Part shown: piece by piece, positions 16,442 through 26,592 of the stretch
Layout: every line of letters starts with the position of its first letter
How positions within the stretch are numbered: the stretch's first letter is position 1
From: Alphaproteobacteria bacterium
GTDB lineage: Bacteria; Pseudomonadota; Alphaproteobacteria; JAPOUT01; G958296285
Length of the DNA stretch: 64,000 nt
Reading direction: 5' to 3'
NCBI GenBank assembly: GCA_965204775.1
Contig: CBDBFH010000029.1
Coordinates: 184,468 to 248,467 of the forward strand
Program-made: the position numbers and the translations under genes
Notes under the pieces: model-generated
Databases searched by the model: none
The model's input: only the letters and a program-made list of their open reading frames with translations
Told to the model about the DNA's origin: nothing

Positions 16442-18580
16442 ATGATGCGTCAATACGAGCTGGTCGACCAGATTCGCGCCTACGACCCCAATGTGGACGA
16501 GGCGCTGCTCAATCGCGCCTATGTCTATGCGACCAAGATGCATGGGGATCAGAAGCGGGCTTCGGGCGACCCCTATTTTTCGCATCCGGTGGAGGTGGCC
16601 GGGATTCTGGCCGGCCTCAAACTGGACTCGAAGACCATCGCCACCGCCCTGCTCCACGACACGATTGAGGACACCGAAGCCACCCGCAAGGATATTCAGG
16701 AGCTGTTCGGCGTTGAGATTGCCCGTCTGGTCGAGGGGGTGACGAAGCTTTCGCGCCTGGAGCTGGGCTCGGACGAGGCGCGCCAGGCCGAGAATTTCCG
16801 CAAACTGCTGCTGGCCACCGCCAATGATGTGCGGGTTTTGCTGGTCAAACTGGCCGACCGGCTGCACAACATGCGCACACTGGAGCATATCGCCAGGCCG
16901 GAGAAGCGGCGGCGGATCGCGCAGGAGACCATGGAGATCTATGCCCCGCTGGCCGGGCGGATCGGGATGCAGGAGGTGCGCGAGGAGCTGGAGGATCTGT
17001 CGTTTCGCTGCCTGAATTCGCGCGCCCGCCAGATGATCGCCCGGCGTCTGGACCGGATGGTGAAGGGGCGCGCGCAGCTGGCCGGGCGGATTGCCGCCCG
17101 CCTGCAAAGCGCGCTTCGCGCGCAGGGGATCGCGGCGCAGGTGACCAGCCGGGCCAAGCGCCCCTATGCGATCTGGAGCAAGATGGAGCGCCGCTCGATT
17201 GCGCTGGAGCAATTGTCGGATCTGATCGGCTTCCGCATCATTGTCGAGGAGGCCGCCGACTGCTACCGGGCGCTGGGGGTCGTGCACACGTCGTGGCAGA
17301 CGGTTCCGGGGCGGTTCAAGGATTACATATCGACGCCGAAGCCGAACGGCTACCAGTCGATTCATTCGACGGTGATCGGCCCCGAGCAGCAAAGGGTCGA
17401 GCTGCAGATTCGGACCCGCCGGATGCATGAGGCGGCGGAATACGGGATTGCCGCCCATTGGCGCTACAAGGAGGGGGGCGGGAAGAAGAATCTGCGCGCC
17501 GGGCCGCGCGCCGAGCCTTATGCCTGGCTGCGGCGGGTGGTCGAGATGCTGGAGCATGGCGGCAGTTCTCAGGAGTTTCTTGAGAACACCAAATTGGAGA
17601 TGTATCAAGATCAGGTTTTCTGCTTCACGATCAAGGGGCGGCTGGTGGTTTTGCCGCAGGGCGCGACGCCGATTGACTTTGCCTATGCGATTCACACCGA
17701 GATCGGCGACAGCTGCGTGGGGGCGAAGGTGAATGGCCGCCATGTTCCGCTGCGCACGCCGCTGCGCGACGGCGACGAGGTTGAAATTCTGCGGGCCGGG
17801 CATGGCGGGCCGTCGGCGGCCTGGGAGTCGATTGTGGCGACCGGCAAGGCGCGCTCGGCGATCCGCCGCGCGCTGCGGGCGCGGGCGCGCTCCGATCAGG
17901 CGCGGCTGGGCCGGGAGATATTGACCAGTTTGTTCAAACGGAACCGGCGGCGGCTGAGCGAGAAGATTCTGGAGCGCGCGCTGGAGGCCTTCGGCCAGGA
18001 GAGCGTCGAGGCGCTGCTGGTCGAGGCCGGTTCGGGCCGAATCGCGGGCAGCGAGATTCTGGAAACCGTCTATCCCCGCCCCCGCTCCGGCAGGGACGCG
18101 AAAAAAACCGCAATCCCGCCCTCTCCGGCCATGGCGGTGCCGGTGCGCGGCGCGCATGGCATGGCGGTCAAATTCGCGGAAGGGGCCTTCCCGCTCCCCG
18201 GCGAGCGGATCGTCGGCATCATGACGCCGGGCGAGGGAATCGCCGTCTATCCGATCGACTCGCCGGCGCTGGCCCAATTCGACGATGAGCCGGAGCGCTG
18301 GGTCGATCTGGCCTGGGACGCAGAACCCCGCGCCGCGCCGGCTTTTCCCGCCAGGATCGAAATGGTTCTGGCCAATGAAGTCGGCGCGCTGGCTTCGGTC
18401 AGCGTCCTCCTCGCCGACTATGAGAGCAACATCGTCATGCTTCAGGTGACCCGCCGCGATCCGGACTGCTACAGCCTGTGCATGGAGATCGCCGTGCGCG
18501 GCCTCAAGCATCTGAACCGGATTCTGACCGCTTTGCGCGGGCTTTCCGCCGTCCACGAAGCCCGCCGCCAGTCCGCCTGA
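16442..18580 (+). CDS. rsh: Bifunctional (p)ppGpp synthetase/hydrolase (RelA/SpoT homologue, Rsh)
   Basis: HD hydrolase domain (HPVEVAGIL..LLHDTIEDT), synthetase domain (YISTPKPNGYQSIHSTV), TGS and ACT-like C-terminal regions. Confidence 0.9.
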   Translation: MMRQYELVDQIRAYDPNVDEALLNRAYVYATKMHGDQKRASGDPYFSHPVEVAGILAGLKLDSKTIATALLHDTIEDTEATRKDIQELFGVEIARLVEGVTKLSRLELGSDEARQAENFRKLLLATANDVRVLLVKLADRLHNMRTLEHIARPEKRRRIAQETMEIYAPLAGRIGMQEVREELEDLSFRCLNSRARQMIARRLDRMVKGRAQLAGRIAARLQSALRAQGIAAQVTSRAKRPYAIWSKMERRSIALEQLSDLIGFRIIVEEAADCYRALGVVHTSWQTVPGRFKDYISTPKPNGYQSIHSTVIGPEQQRVELQIRTRRMHEAAEYGIAAHWRYKEGGGKKNLRAGPRAEPYAWLRRVVEMLEHGGSSQEFLENTKLEMYQDQVFCFTIKGRLVVLPQGATPIDFAYAIHTEIGDSCVGAKVNGRHVPLRTPLRDGDEVEILRAGHGGPSAAWESIVATGKARSAIRRALRARARSDQARLGREILTSLFKRNRRRLSEKILERALEAFGQESVEALLVEAGSGRIAGSEILETVYPRPRSGRDAKKTAIPPSPAMAVPVRGAHGMAVKFAEGAFPLPGERIVGIMTPGEGIAVYPIDSPALAQFDDEPERWVDLAWDAEPRAAPAFPARIEMVLANEVGALASVSVLLADYESNIVMLQVTRRDPDCYSLCMEIAVRGLKHLNRILTALRGLSAVHEARRQSA

Positions 18581-18603
18581 CGCCTCTTCCGCCGGGGTCT
18601 TAC

Positions 18604-19149
18604 ATGCCTGCCAGATCCAAGCCGGTGTCTCTCATCCGCAGCCTGCGCGCCGTTGTCTGGCCGCGGGGCGGGTGGATCCGCATGACGCGGCACAGCATCC
18701 GCCGCCTGCGCCGCCTGCACGGATCGCCCCATGCCATCGCTTTGGGCTTCGCCGCCGGAGTTTTCGTTTCCTTTACCCCCTTTCTGGGGTTCCATATTCT
18801 GTTCGCCGCGCTGATCGCCCTCCTGATGCGGGGCAGCCTGGTCGCGGCGGCGCTGGGCACGCTGGTCGGCAATCCTTTGACTTTTCCCTTCATCTGGTTC
18901 GCCTCCTATGAACTGGGCGAACTGGCCCTGGGCCGCGCCGGAGCCGCCGGCGCCGCGATTCTGGAAAAGGCCGACCTTTCCTACCGCACTCTGTTCTCTC
19001 TTGATTTTAGCCTGATCTGGCCGATTTTCTGGCCGTTGCTGATCGGGGGCCTGCTGTTGGGCGCCGTCGTGTCGGTGGTCTCCTATCTGTCGCTCTATCC
19101 GATTATCCGGGCCTATCAGGCGCGCCGCCTCCGCCGCCGGGCTTCATAG
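18604..19149 (+). CDS. DUF2062 family membrane protein
   Basis: RLRRLHGSPHAIALGFAAGVFVSFTPFLGFH..GTLVGNPLTFPFIWF pattern typical of DUF2062. Confidence 0.65.
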   Translation: MPARSKPVSLIRSLRAVVWPRGGWIRMTRHSIRRLRRLHGSPHAIALGFAAGVFVSFTPFLGFHILFAALIALLMRGSLVAAALGTLVGNPLTFPFIWFASYELGELALGRAGAAGAAILEKADLSYRTLFSLDFSLIWPIFWPLLIGGLLLGAVVSVVSYLSLYPIIRAYQARRLRRRAS

Positions 19150-19165
19150 AAAGAGCGGGGAAGAC

Positions 19166-19912
19166 ATGTCACGTCTGCGGCTGGCGGTCAATGTGGATCA
19201 CGTCGCCACGCTGCGCAACGCGCGCGGGGGAGCGAATCCCGATCCGATTGCGGCGGCGCAACTGGCGGCGCGGGCCGGAGCCGACGGGATCGTCGCCCAT
19301 CTGCGCGAGGACCGCCGTCATATGCGCGACGCCGACATCGCTGCGCTGCAGCGCGAGGTTCCCCTGCCGCTCGACCTCGAAATGGCGGCGACGGAAGAGA
19401 TGACCGGGATTGCGCTTCGCGTCCGGCCTGCGGCCTGCTGTCTGGTGCCGGAAAGGCGCGCGGAACTGACGACCGAAAGCGGCCTCGACATTGTTCGCCT
19501 GCACAATCATCTGGCCGCCACCGCCGGGCGGCTGCAGGACGGCGGGATCAAGACGATTCTGTTTGCCGATCCCGACCCGGCCCAGATCGCGGCGGCGGCG
19601 GAGACCGGGGCGCGGGCGGTGGAATTGCACACTGGCGCATATTGCGAAGCCGCCGCCGCCGGAGACGAAGTTGCCGCCCGCAAAGAACTCGCCCGCCTGC
19701 AAGAGGCCGCCCGGCAGGCGGCAGAGGCCGGTCTGGCGGTTCACGCCGGACATGGCCTCGACTTCGACAGCATTGACGGCATCGCCGCCATTCCGCAGAT
19801 TGAGGAGGTGAGCATCGGGCATTTTCTGGTTGGGGCGGCGCTGTTTGAGGGTCTGGAGGCGGTCATCAGGCGCCTGCGCCGCCGCCTCGACGCCGCCGGA
19901 GAAGCGGCATGA
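19166..19912 (+). CDS. pdxJ: Pyridoxine 5'-phosphate synthase
   Basis: [26 protein letters not shown] signature. Confidence 0.9.
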   Translation: MSRLRLAVNVDHVATLRNARGGANPDPIAAAQLAARAGADGIVAHLREDRRHMRDADIAALQREVPLPLDLEMAATEEMTGIALRVRPAACCLVPERRAELTTESGLDIVRLHNHLAATAGRLQDGGIKTILFADPDPAQIAAAAETGARAVELHTGAYCEAAAAGDEVAARKELARLQEAARQAAEAGLAVHAGHGLDFDSIDGIAAIPQIEEVSIGHFLVGAALFEGLEAVIRRLRRRLDAAGEAA

Positions 19913-20325
19913 TTCTGGGGTTGGGCAGCGATATGATCGACATCCGGCGGATTGAGCGAACCCTTGGCCGCTTTGGCCGGCGCTTCACGGGCCGCGTTTT
20001 TACCCCCCTCGAACAACAGCGCGCCGCCCGCCGCCATGCGGCGGCCTCCTACGCCAAGCGCTTCGCGGCCAAGGAAGCCTGCGCCAAGGCGCTGGGAACC
20101 GGTCTGCGCCGGGGCGTCTACTGGCGCGATATGGGCGTCGTCAATGCCCGCTCCGGCCAGCCCGGCCTGCGCCTGACCGGCGGTGCGCGCCGCCGCCTCG
20201 AACAGATCACCCCCCCTGGCCTCGTCAGCCATATCCACCTCTCCATGACCGATGACTATCCTTTGGCGCAGGCCGTGGTTATTATCTCGGCTGCGCCCCT
20301 TTCCCCTCCGGACAAGCCCGGATGA
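19909..20325 (+). CDS. acpS: Holo-[acyl-carrier-protein] synthase
   Basis: [29 protein letters not shown]; 4-bp overlap with pdxJ. Confidence 0.85.
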   Translation: MILGLGSDMIDIRRIERTLGRFGRRFTGRVFTPLEQQRAARRHAAASYAKRFAAKEACAKALGTGLRRGVYWRDMGVVNARSGQPGLRLTGGARRRLEQITPPGLVSHIHLSMTDDYPLAQAVVIISAAPLSPPDKPG

Positions 20326-21098
20326 CCGCACAGGACCAGCCGAATATGCGCCAAAGCGCCCAATCTCCCGTTGCGCGCGTCTGGCGGCAGATCAAGCCGC
20401 TCGCCTGGGCGCTGCTGGCCGCGTTTCTCGTGCGGGTGTTCTTCTTCCAGCCCTTCAGCATTCCCTCCGGCTCCATGCTCCCGACGCTCTGGATCGGCGA
20501 CCACCTCTTTGTCTCCAAATACACCTATGGCTATTCGCGCCACTCCTTTCCGTTGCCCGTGCCCTTCATCGAGGGCCGCCTGTTTGGCCGATTGCCGGAG
20601 CGCGGCGACGTCGTCGTCTTCAAACTGCCCGGCGACAACGAACTCGACTTCATCAAACGGGTGGTTGGCCTGCCCGGCGACCGAATCCAGATGAAGGACG
20701 GGATTTTGCATCTCAACGGCTCGCCGGCGCCGCGCGCGGCGCAGCCCGATTTCCCGGTGCGCGATTCCTTTGGCCGGATCAGACCTGCGCTGCGCCACCG
20801 GGAGACACTCACTCCCCGCGCCGCCTATGAGACGCTCGACATGCGCCGCGGCGGCGAGAAAGACAATACGCCGGTTTTCCTCGTGCCCGGCGGGCATGTT
20901 TTCGTGATGGGGGACAACCGCGACAATTCCACCGACAGCCGCTCCCCCGATGCGGTCGGGTTTGTTCCGGCGGTCAACATTGTCGGGCGTGCGGAGGTGA
21001 TTTATTTCTCGATTGCGCCGGGCGCGCGCTGGCTTCGGCCCTGGACGTGGCCGGCGCGGATCCGGTGGGGGCGGATATGGCGGAGCGTCGGCCCCTGA
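20322..21098 (+). CDS. lepB: Signal peptidase I
   Basis: [13 protein letters not shown] (catalytic Ser), [18 protein letters not shown] boxes. Confidence 0.85.
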   Translation: MTAQDQPNMRQSAQSPVARVWRQIKPLAWALLAAFLVRVFFFQPFSIPSGSMLPTLWIGDHLFVSKYTYGYSRHSFPLPVPFIEGRLFGRLPERGDVVVFKLPGDNELDFIKRVVGLPGDRIQMKDGILHLNGSPAPRAAQPDFPVRDSFGRIRPALRHRETLTPRAAYETLDMRRGGEKDNTPVFLVPGGHVFVMGDNRDNSTDSRSPDAVGFVPAVNIVGRAEVIYFSIAPGARWLRPWTWPARIRWGRIWRSVGP

Positions 21099-21787
21099 AG
21101 GGGCCGCAGGAGGCGCGGTCGCTGGAGGCGCTGCAGGAGGTTCTGGGATGGCGGTTTCGGGACAAGGCGCTGCTGGAGCGGGCGCTGGTTCACGCCAGCC
21201 GCCGCGCCGAGCGGGGGCATGACAATGAGTGGCTGGAATTTCTGGGCGACCGGGTTCTGAGCCTGATCGTCGCGGAAGATTCTTATGCGGGCGAGGGCAA
21301 AACGGATTTCGCCGTGATGGCTTCTTTATTCAAGCGAATCGTCAGCCGCGAGGCCTGCGCGCAGGCGGCGGAGCGCGCGGGTCTTGATCGTTATCTGGTT
21401 TTGGTACCGGAAATTTCGCGCGCATCGCTGCGCGGCTCGGCGATCATGGCCGGGGCCTGCGAGGCGGTTCTGGCCGCGCTCTATCTGGACGGCGGTCTGG
21501 AGGCGGCGCGGGAGTTTGTCCGGCGCTTCTGGCCTTCGCTCCCTGACGCAGAACACGCGCGCGGCGGCAAGGACCCCAAAAGCGCCTTGCAGGATGCAAC
21601 CCAAAGGCGCACCGGGCTGGTTCCCTTCTACAGGATAATCGGGCAGGAGGAGGGCGAGAGTCCGGTGCGTTTTGTGATTCAGGTCGAGGCTCCCGGTCTG
21701 GGCGAGGCGCAGGGCGAGGGGCCGAACCGGCGCAGGGCGGAGCAGGCGGCGGCGGAGAGCCTTCTGCTCCGGACCGGAATATGGTGA
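21076..21787 (+). CDS. rnc: Ribonuclease III
   Basis: NEWLEFLGDRVL RNase III signature; dsRBD at C-terminus. Start ATG at 21076 overlaps the lepB end. Confidence 0.85.
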
Positions 21788-22659
21788 CTGCCGCGCGAGA
21801 GCGGCCCAGCGGCCAGGCGGTTTTGATCGGGCTGCCGAATGCAGGCAAATCAACGCTGTTAAATTGTCTGGCCGGGCGCAAGGTTTCCAGCGTCACGCAT
21901 AAGGCGCAGACGACGCGCCGGGCGATTCCCTCGCGCATCGGCGGGGATTCGGCGGGGCTGACCGCAATCGACACGCCCGGGCTGACTGCCGGAGGCCGGA
22001 TTGTGCGCCGCGCATGGCACAACGCCGCGCGCGGCGCGGCGGCGGCGGCGGATATTCTGGTTCTGGTGGTCGATGCCGCCCGCGCCCGCCATGAGGGGGC
22101 GCAGGCGCTGGCCCGCCAATTCTTTGGGGACGGCGCGGCGCAGGTGATCGTTCTGAACAAGATCGACCGGCTGGCCCGGCCCCGATTGCTGGCGCTGGCC
22201 GAAGAGTGGACGGCGATTGCGCCGCAGGCGCGCATCTTTATGGTTTCGGCGCGGCGCGGCGACGGGGTTGAGGATTTGAAGGCTCATCTGGCCGCGATCA
22301 TGCCGGAGGAGAAGAAAGAGCGGGGCGTGATCGCCCCCCTTTCCGAACAGGAGCAGGCCGAGGAGATCACGCGGGAGAAAATCTTTCTCCGCCTCCATGA
22401 CGAGATTCCCTATGAGACCGGCATCCACACCGAATCCTGGGAAAGCGGCAAGGGCGGCAGTTTGCGAATCCGGCAGGTTATCGAAGTCGCCCGCGCCAGT
22501 CAGAAGGCGATGGTGATCGGCGCGCAGGGCCAATGCCTGCGCGCCATCGGCGAAGCCGCCCGCCGTGAAATGAAGGAAAGATTCGGACGCGCCGTGCATT
22601 TGTTTCTTTTCGTCCGCCTCCGCCGGAATTCGCGCAGAAAGGAGCGGGGAGCAGGATAG
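21781..22659 (+). CDS. era: GTPase Era
   Basis: G1 GLPNAGKSTL, DTPG, NKID motifs and a C-terminal KH domain; conserved rnc-era-recO order. Confidence 0.8.
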   Translation: MVTAARERPSGQAVLIGLPNAGKSTLLNCLAGRKVSSVTHKAQTTRRAIPSRIGGDSAGLTAIDTPGLTAGGRIVRRAWHNAARGAAAAADILVLVVDAARARHEGAQALARQFFGDGAAQVIVLNKIDRLARPRLLALAEEWTAIAPQARIFMVSARRGDGVEDLKAHLAAIMPEEKKERGVIAPLSEQEQAEEITREKIFLRLHDEIPYETGIHTESWESGKGGSLRIRQVIEVARASQKAMVIGAQGQCLRAIGEAARREMKERFGRAVHLFLFVRLRRNSRRKERGAG

Positions 22660-22661
22660 GG

Positions 22662-23366
22662 ATGGAGTGGCTGGATCATGGCTTTGTTCTCTCACGCCGC
22701 CGGCACGGAGAGACCAGCGCGCTGGCCATTTTGCTCACCCGCGAACATGGCCGTTATGCCGGGCTGGTGCGCGGCGGCCTGTCCGGCGGCAAGGCGGTGC
22801 GCGGGATTCTGGAGCCGGGCAATCTGGTTCAGGCGCGCTGGCGCTCGCGCCTGGCCGAAAATCTGGGAACGTTTCGGGTCGAACTGCTGCGCGCCCATGC
22901 CGCGCGGATTCTCGACGACCCGGCGGCGCTTGACCTTCTCGCCGCCGCCGGGGCGCTCACCGCAGCTTTGCCCGAGCGCACCGCCGCCCCCGGCACATTC
23001 CGGCGCTTCGCAGGTCTGATCGAGACGCTGGCCGCGCCCGCTTTGCGTCTTGCCGCTTTCGCCCGCTTCGAATTCACGCTGCTGGCCGAACTGGGCTACG
23101 GCCTCGACGCCGCCGGAGACCCCCGCCCTGCCTTCATCGCCGCCGACGGAAAACCGGCGCCCCCAAACCCGCCGGGCCGCATTCCGGGCGGCGCTTTCCG
23201 GCTGCCGGTTTTTCTCCACGACGAGGAATCTCCGGCCTCCCGCGCCGACATTCTCGACGCTTTGCGCCTGACCGGGCATTTTCTCGACCGCCATGTCTAT
23301 GCGCCGCTGGGCCGGACGCTCCCCGTCCCCCGCCTTGCCCTGCGCCGCTCCCTGGAGCGCCATTGA
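22662..23366 (+). CDS. recO: DNA repair protein RecO
   Basis: N-terminal OB-fold region (GFVLSRRRHGETS..ILLTREHG..GLVRGG) and position after era. Confidence 0.8.
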   Translation: MEWLDHGFVLSRRRHGETSALAILLTREHGRYAGLVRGGLSGGKAVRGILEPGNLVQARWRSRLAENLGTFRVELLRAHAARILDDPAALDLLAAAGALTAALPERTAAPGTFRRFAGLIETLAAPALRLAAFARFEFTLLAELGYGLDAAGDPRPAFIAADGKPAPPNPPGRIPGGAFRLPVFLHDEESPASRADILDALRLTGHFLDRHVYAPLGRTLPVPRLALRRSLERH

Positions 23367-23384
23367 ACTTTTTCTTGAGCGGGA

Positions 23385-24950
23385 TCATTGCCCAAACAAT
23401 TGCTCCGGCAGCCAGGTTGCGGTTTGCGGAAAGAGGCCGATCAGCAGGAGGGCGATTATCTGGAGTCCGATGAAGGGGAGGACGCCTTTGTAGATCATCG
23501 CGGTTTTGACCTCCGGGGGCGCGATCCCGCGCAGATAAAAGAGCGCGAAGCCGAAGGGCGGAGTGAGAAAGGAAGTTTGGAGATTGATGGCCATCATCAC
23601 GCCGAGCCAGACCGGGTCGATCCCCATCACAAAGAGGATGGGGGCGACGATGGGGACGACGATGAAGGTGATTTCGAGGAAGTCGAGGACGAAGCCGAGG
23701 AGGAACATGATTGCCATGACGGCGAGGAAGGCGGCGATTTCGCCGCCGGGGAGGGCGTGGAGGGCGTCGCGGACGAGGAGGTCGCCGTGCAGGCCGCGGA
23801 AGACGAGGCTGAACAGGGCGGCGCAGATCAGGATCATAAAGACCATGGAGGTGATCCGGGCGGCCTGCCGGACGGCCCCGGTCAGGATTTGTGCGCGGTA
23901 GAGGAGGAAGAAACAGAACAGCAGGGCGGCGAAGAAGATGATGAGCGCCGGCCAGCCGATCAGGGTTGCGGCGAGGGAGAGGGTCTGGTCCAGCCAGGGT
24001 GTTTGGGGGTCGGCGGCTTCGAAGACTCTCGCAAGAGCGAGGACGGCGAGCGCGCCGAGGGCGGCTGCAACCGGCCATGCGCCTTCCGGCCTGCGCAGGG
24101 CGGCGATCAGCACGGCGCCGGCGGCGCCGACGGCGGCGGCTTCGGTCGGGGTGGCGAGGCCGGTGAGGATCGAGCCGAGGACGGCGGCGATCAGCGCGAC
24201 CGGCGCGATCAAACTGCGCAGGAGTTGGAAATGTTTCCCCTCCGGCGCGCGCGCCGCGGCCTGAACAGGCGGCGCGCAGGCAGGATCGCGCAGGGCGCGG
24301 AAGAGTTGGTAGGAAATATAGAGTCCGGCGATGATCAGGCCGGGCAGCAGCGCCCCGGCGAAGAGGTCGCCGACCGAGAGCGTGCGGGGCGAGAAGATGC
24401 CCTGCTCCAATTGGGCCTTCTGATAGGCGCTGGAGAGCGTGTCGCCGAGCAGGACGAGGATGATCGAAGGGGGGATGATCTGCCCCAGAGTTCCGGCGGC
24501 GGCGATGGAGCCGGCGGAGAGGGCGGGGTCGTAGCCGCGCCGGAGCATGACCGGGAGCGCGAGCAGACCCATAGTGATGACCGTCGCCCCGACGATTCCG
24601 GTCGAAGCGGCGAGCAGGGTGCTGACCAGCGTCACGGAGACGGCCAGTCCTCCGGGGCGGTTTCCAAAGAGGCGGCTGAGGGAGTCGAGCAGGTCTTCGG
24701 CGATCTTCGAGCGCTCCAGGATGAGGCCCATGAAGATGAAGAGGGGAACGGCGATGAGGGTTTCGTTGGTCATCGCGCCATAGATGCGCGAGGGGAAGGC
24801 GGCGAGTTCGGCGAGTTGGAAGAGGCCCAGCCCCGCCCCCAGCAGCGCGAACCAGAGAGCGGTTCCGGCCAGCGTGAAGGCGACCGGGAAGCCGGCGAGC
24901 AGCAGCCCGCACACGGCAAGGAACATCACGACCGCAAGGAATTCGCCCAC
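23385..24950 (-). CDS. dctM: TRAP transporter large permease
   Basis: 12+ TM DctM-family sequence (GIVGATVITMGLLALP..PPFGFALFYLRGIAPPEV). Confidence 0.85.
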   Translation of the reverse strand: MGEFLAVVMFLAVCGLLLAGFPVAFTLAGTALWFALLGAGLGLFQLAELAAFPSRIYGAMTNETLIAVPLFIFMGLILERSKIAEDLLDSLSRLFGNRPGGLAVSVTLVSTLLAASTGIVGATVITMGLLALPVMLRRGYDPALSAGSIAAAGTLGQIIPPSIILVLLGDTLSSAYQKAQLEQGIFSPRTLSVGDLFAGALLPGLIIAGLYISYQLFRALRDPACAPPVQAAARAPEGKHFQLLRSLIAPVALIAAVLGSILTGLATPTEAAAVGAAGAVLIAALRRPEGAWPVAAALGALAVLALARVFEAADPQTPWLDQTLSLAATLIGWPALIIFFAALLFCFFLLYRAQILTGAVRQAARITSMVFMILICAALFSLVFRGLHGDLLVRDALHALPGGEIAAFLAVMAIMFLLGFVLDFLEITFIVVPIVAPILFVMGIDPVWLGVMMAINLQTSFLTPPFGFALFYLRGIAPPEVKTAMIYKGVLPFIGLQIIALLLIGLFPQTATWLPEQLFGQ

Positions 24951-24959
24951 GGGCCGGGG

Positions 24960-25475
24960 TCAGCGGTTTCGCAGCAGGGTCTGCGCGCAGGAGATGGCGA
25001 GGCTGAGGCCCTGTGCGCCCAGCAGAAGGCCGGTGAGCGGTATGACGCTTTTCAGCAGATAGACGATCTGAAGGCCGCTGGTTTCGCGCGAGCCTTCGCC
25101 GATGCGCCAGGAGGCGGCGGCGTAGGGGAGCGCGCTGATAACGATCAGGGCGCAGACCGGCAGGAGAAAAAAGAGCGCCCCGCCCAGATCAATCAACGCC
25201 CGCCGCCGCTCCCCGGCCCGGCTGTGAAAGATGTCGACCCGGACATGGCCGTCATGCCGGAGCGTATAGCCCGCCGCCAGCATGAACAGCGCGCCATGCA
25301 TATAGATGATCGACTCCTGCAATTTGATCGAGCCTTCCGAGAAGAAGAACAGAAGCATGACGGCGAGCAATTGCGCCAGGGTCATAAGGACGGCGAGCCA
25401 GGCGATCATGTGCCCGGCGGTTTGGTTGAGGCGGCTGAGCAGCGCGCCGGTCCGGGACGCCCAGGGCGGCATCAT
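24960..25475 (-). CDS. dctQ: TRAP transporter small permease
   Basis: 4-TM ~170 aa protein immediately upstream of dctM, typical DctQ. Confidence 0.75.
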   Translation of the reverse strand: MMPPWASRTGALLSRLNQTAGHMIAWLAVLMTLAQLLAVMLLFFFSEGSIKLQESIIYMHGALFMLAAGYTLRHDGHVRVDIFHSRAGERRRALIDLGGALFFLLPVCALIVISALPYAAASWRIGEGSRETSGLQIVYLLKSVIPLTGLLLGAQGLSLAISCAQTLLRNR

Positions 25476-26587
25476 TCCCTGCGGGGGTCATGGCGGGCGT
25501 CGAGATAGCCCTGCTCGGCCAGAGGCAGCCAGCGCGCGGTCTTGCGGAACTCGGCCATGTAGTTCGCGTAAATCTCGCCGACCAGCGGATCGCTCCCCGA
25601 CGTCTCCTCGACTACCTCCCGGCTCACCCGCCGGAAGGCCGACATCACATCGGGCGGGAAGGGCAGAAAGCGAATCTTGTGCTTGTCCGTCAGAACCTCC
25701 AGCGCCTGCGCGTTATAGTGATTGAATTCGGCATAGGTGTAGATCGTCTCCGCCATGCAGACATGCGCGATCATGGCCTGTTCGGCGGGGGAGAAGCGGT
25801 TCCAGACGTCGAGATTGAAGACCGTCGCCAGCGCCGCCCCCGGCTCGTGGAAGCCCGGCCAGTGACAGACCGGGGCCAGCTGGTGAAAGCCGAAGGCGAG
25901 ATCGTTCCAGGGGCCGACCCACTCGGCGGCTTTGATCTTGCCGCTTTGCATTGAGGGGAAGATTTCGCCGCCGGGCAGAGTCACCGGCGCCGCTCCCAGC
26001 CGCCGGTAGATTTCGCCACCCAGCCCCGGAATGCGGATCGAGAGGCCCTTGAGGTCGCGCAGGCTCCGGACCGGGCGCACAAACCAGCCTCCCATCTGAA
26101 CGCCGGTGTTGGCCGACATGAACGGCTTGAGATTGAAGCGGGCCGAGAGTTTGTCCCACAAGGCCTGGCCGCCGCCGTGATAGATCCAGCCCGCCATTTC
26201 GAGCGCGGTCATGCCGAAGGGAATCGAGGTGAAAAAATTGAATCCGTGCGATTTGCCCTGCCAATAATATTCGGCGCCGTTGTAGAGGTCGGCGGCGCCG
26301 GAGGAGACGGCGTCGAAGGCTTCAAAGGCGGGAACGAACTCCCCGGCGGCGAGAACTTCGACCCGGATGGCGTCTTCGCTGGCGGCGGCGATGCGCTGCG
26401 CGATCCGCTCCGCCGAACTGCCCAGACCCGGGAAATTCTTCGGCCAGGTTGTGACCATGCGCAGGGTTCGGCGCGTTTTTATGCGCGCCGGGGCGGCGGG
26501 CGAGTCTTCGGCGGCCTGCCCGCAGCCGGCCAGCGCCGCGCCCGCCAGGCCGGCGGCGGCGGTCGAGAGGAAATCCCTTCGCTTCAT
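25472..26587 (-). CDS. dctP: TRAP transporter substrate-binding protein (Tat/lipoprotein signal)
   Basis: RRDFLSTAAAGLAGAALAGC signal, DctP-family SBP. Coupled dctP-dctQ-dctM on the minus strand. Confidence 0.8.
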   Translation of the reverse strand: MKRRDFLSTAAAGLAGAALAGCGQAAEDSPAAPARIKTRRTLRMVTTWPKNFPGLGSSAERIAQRIAAASEDAIRVEVLAAGEFVPAFEAFDAVSSGAADLYNGAEYYWQGKSHGFNFFTSIPFGMTALEMAGWIYHGGGQALWDKLSARFNLKPFMSANTGVQMGGWFVRPVRSLRDLKGLSIRIPGLGGEIYRRLGAAPVTLPGGEIFPSMQSGKIKAAEWVGPWNDLAFGFHQLAPVCHWPGFHEPGAALATVFNLDVWNRFSPAEQAMIAHVCMAETIYTYAEFNHYNAQALEVLTDKHKIRFLPFPPDVMSAFRRVSREVVEETSGSDPLVGEIYANYMAEFRKTARWLPLAEQGYLDARHDPRRE

Positions 26588-26592
26588 GCGCT

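Noticed and set aside
15941-18556. 871-aa minus-strand ORF
   Set aside because: Antisense to rpoZ and relA/spoT, both of which have unambiguous homology.
23134-25508. 592-aa (minus) and 706-aa (plus, Asp/Glu/Gly-rich) ORFs
   Set aside because: Overlap the well-supported TRAP dctM/dctQ genes in other frames or strands; low-complexity translations.
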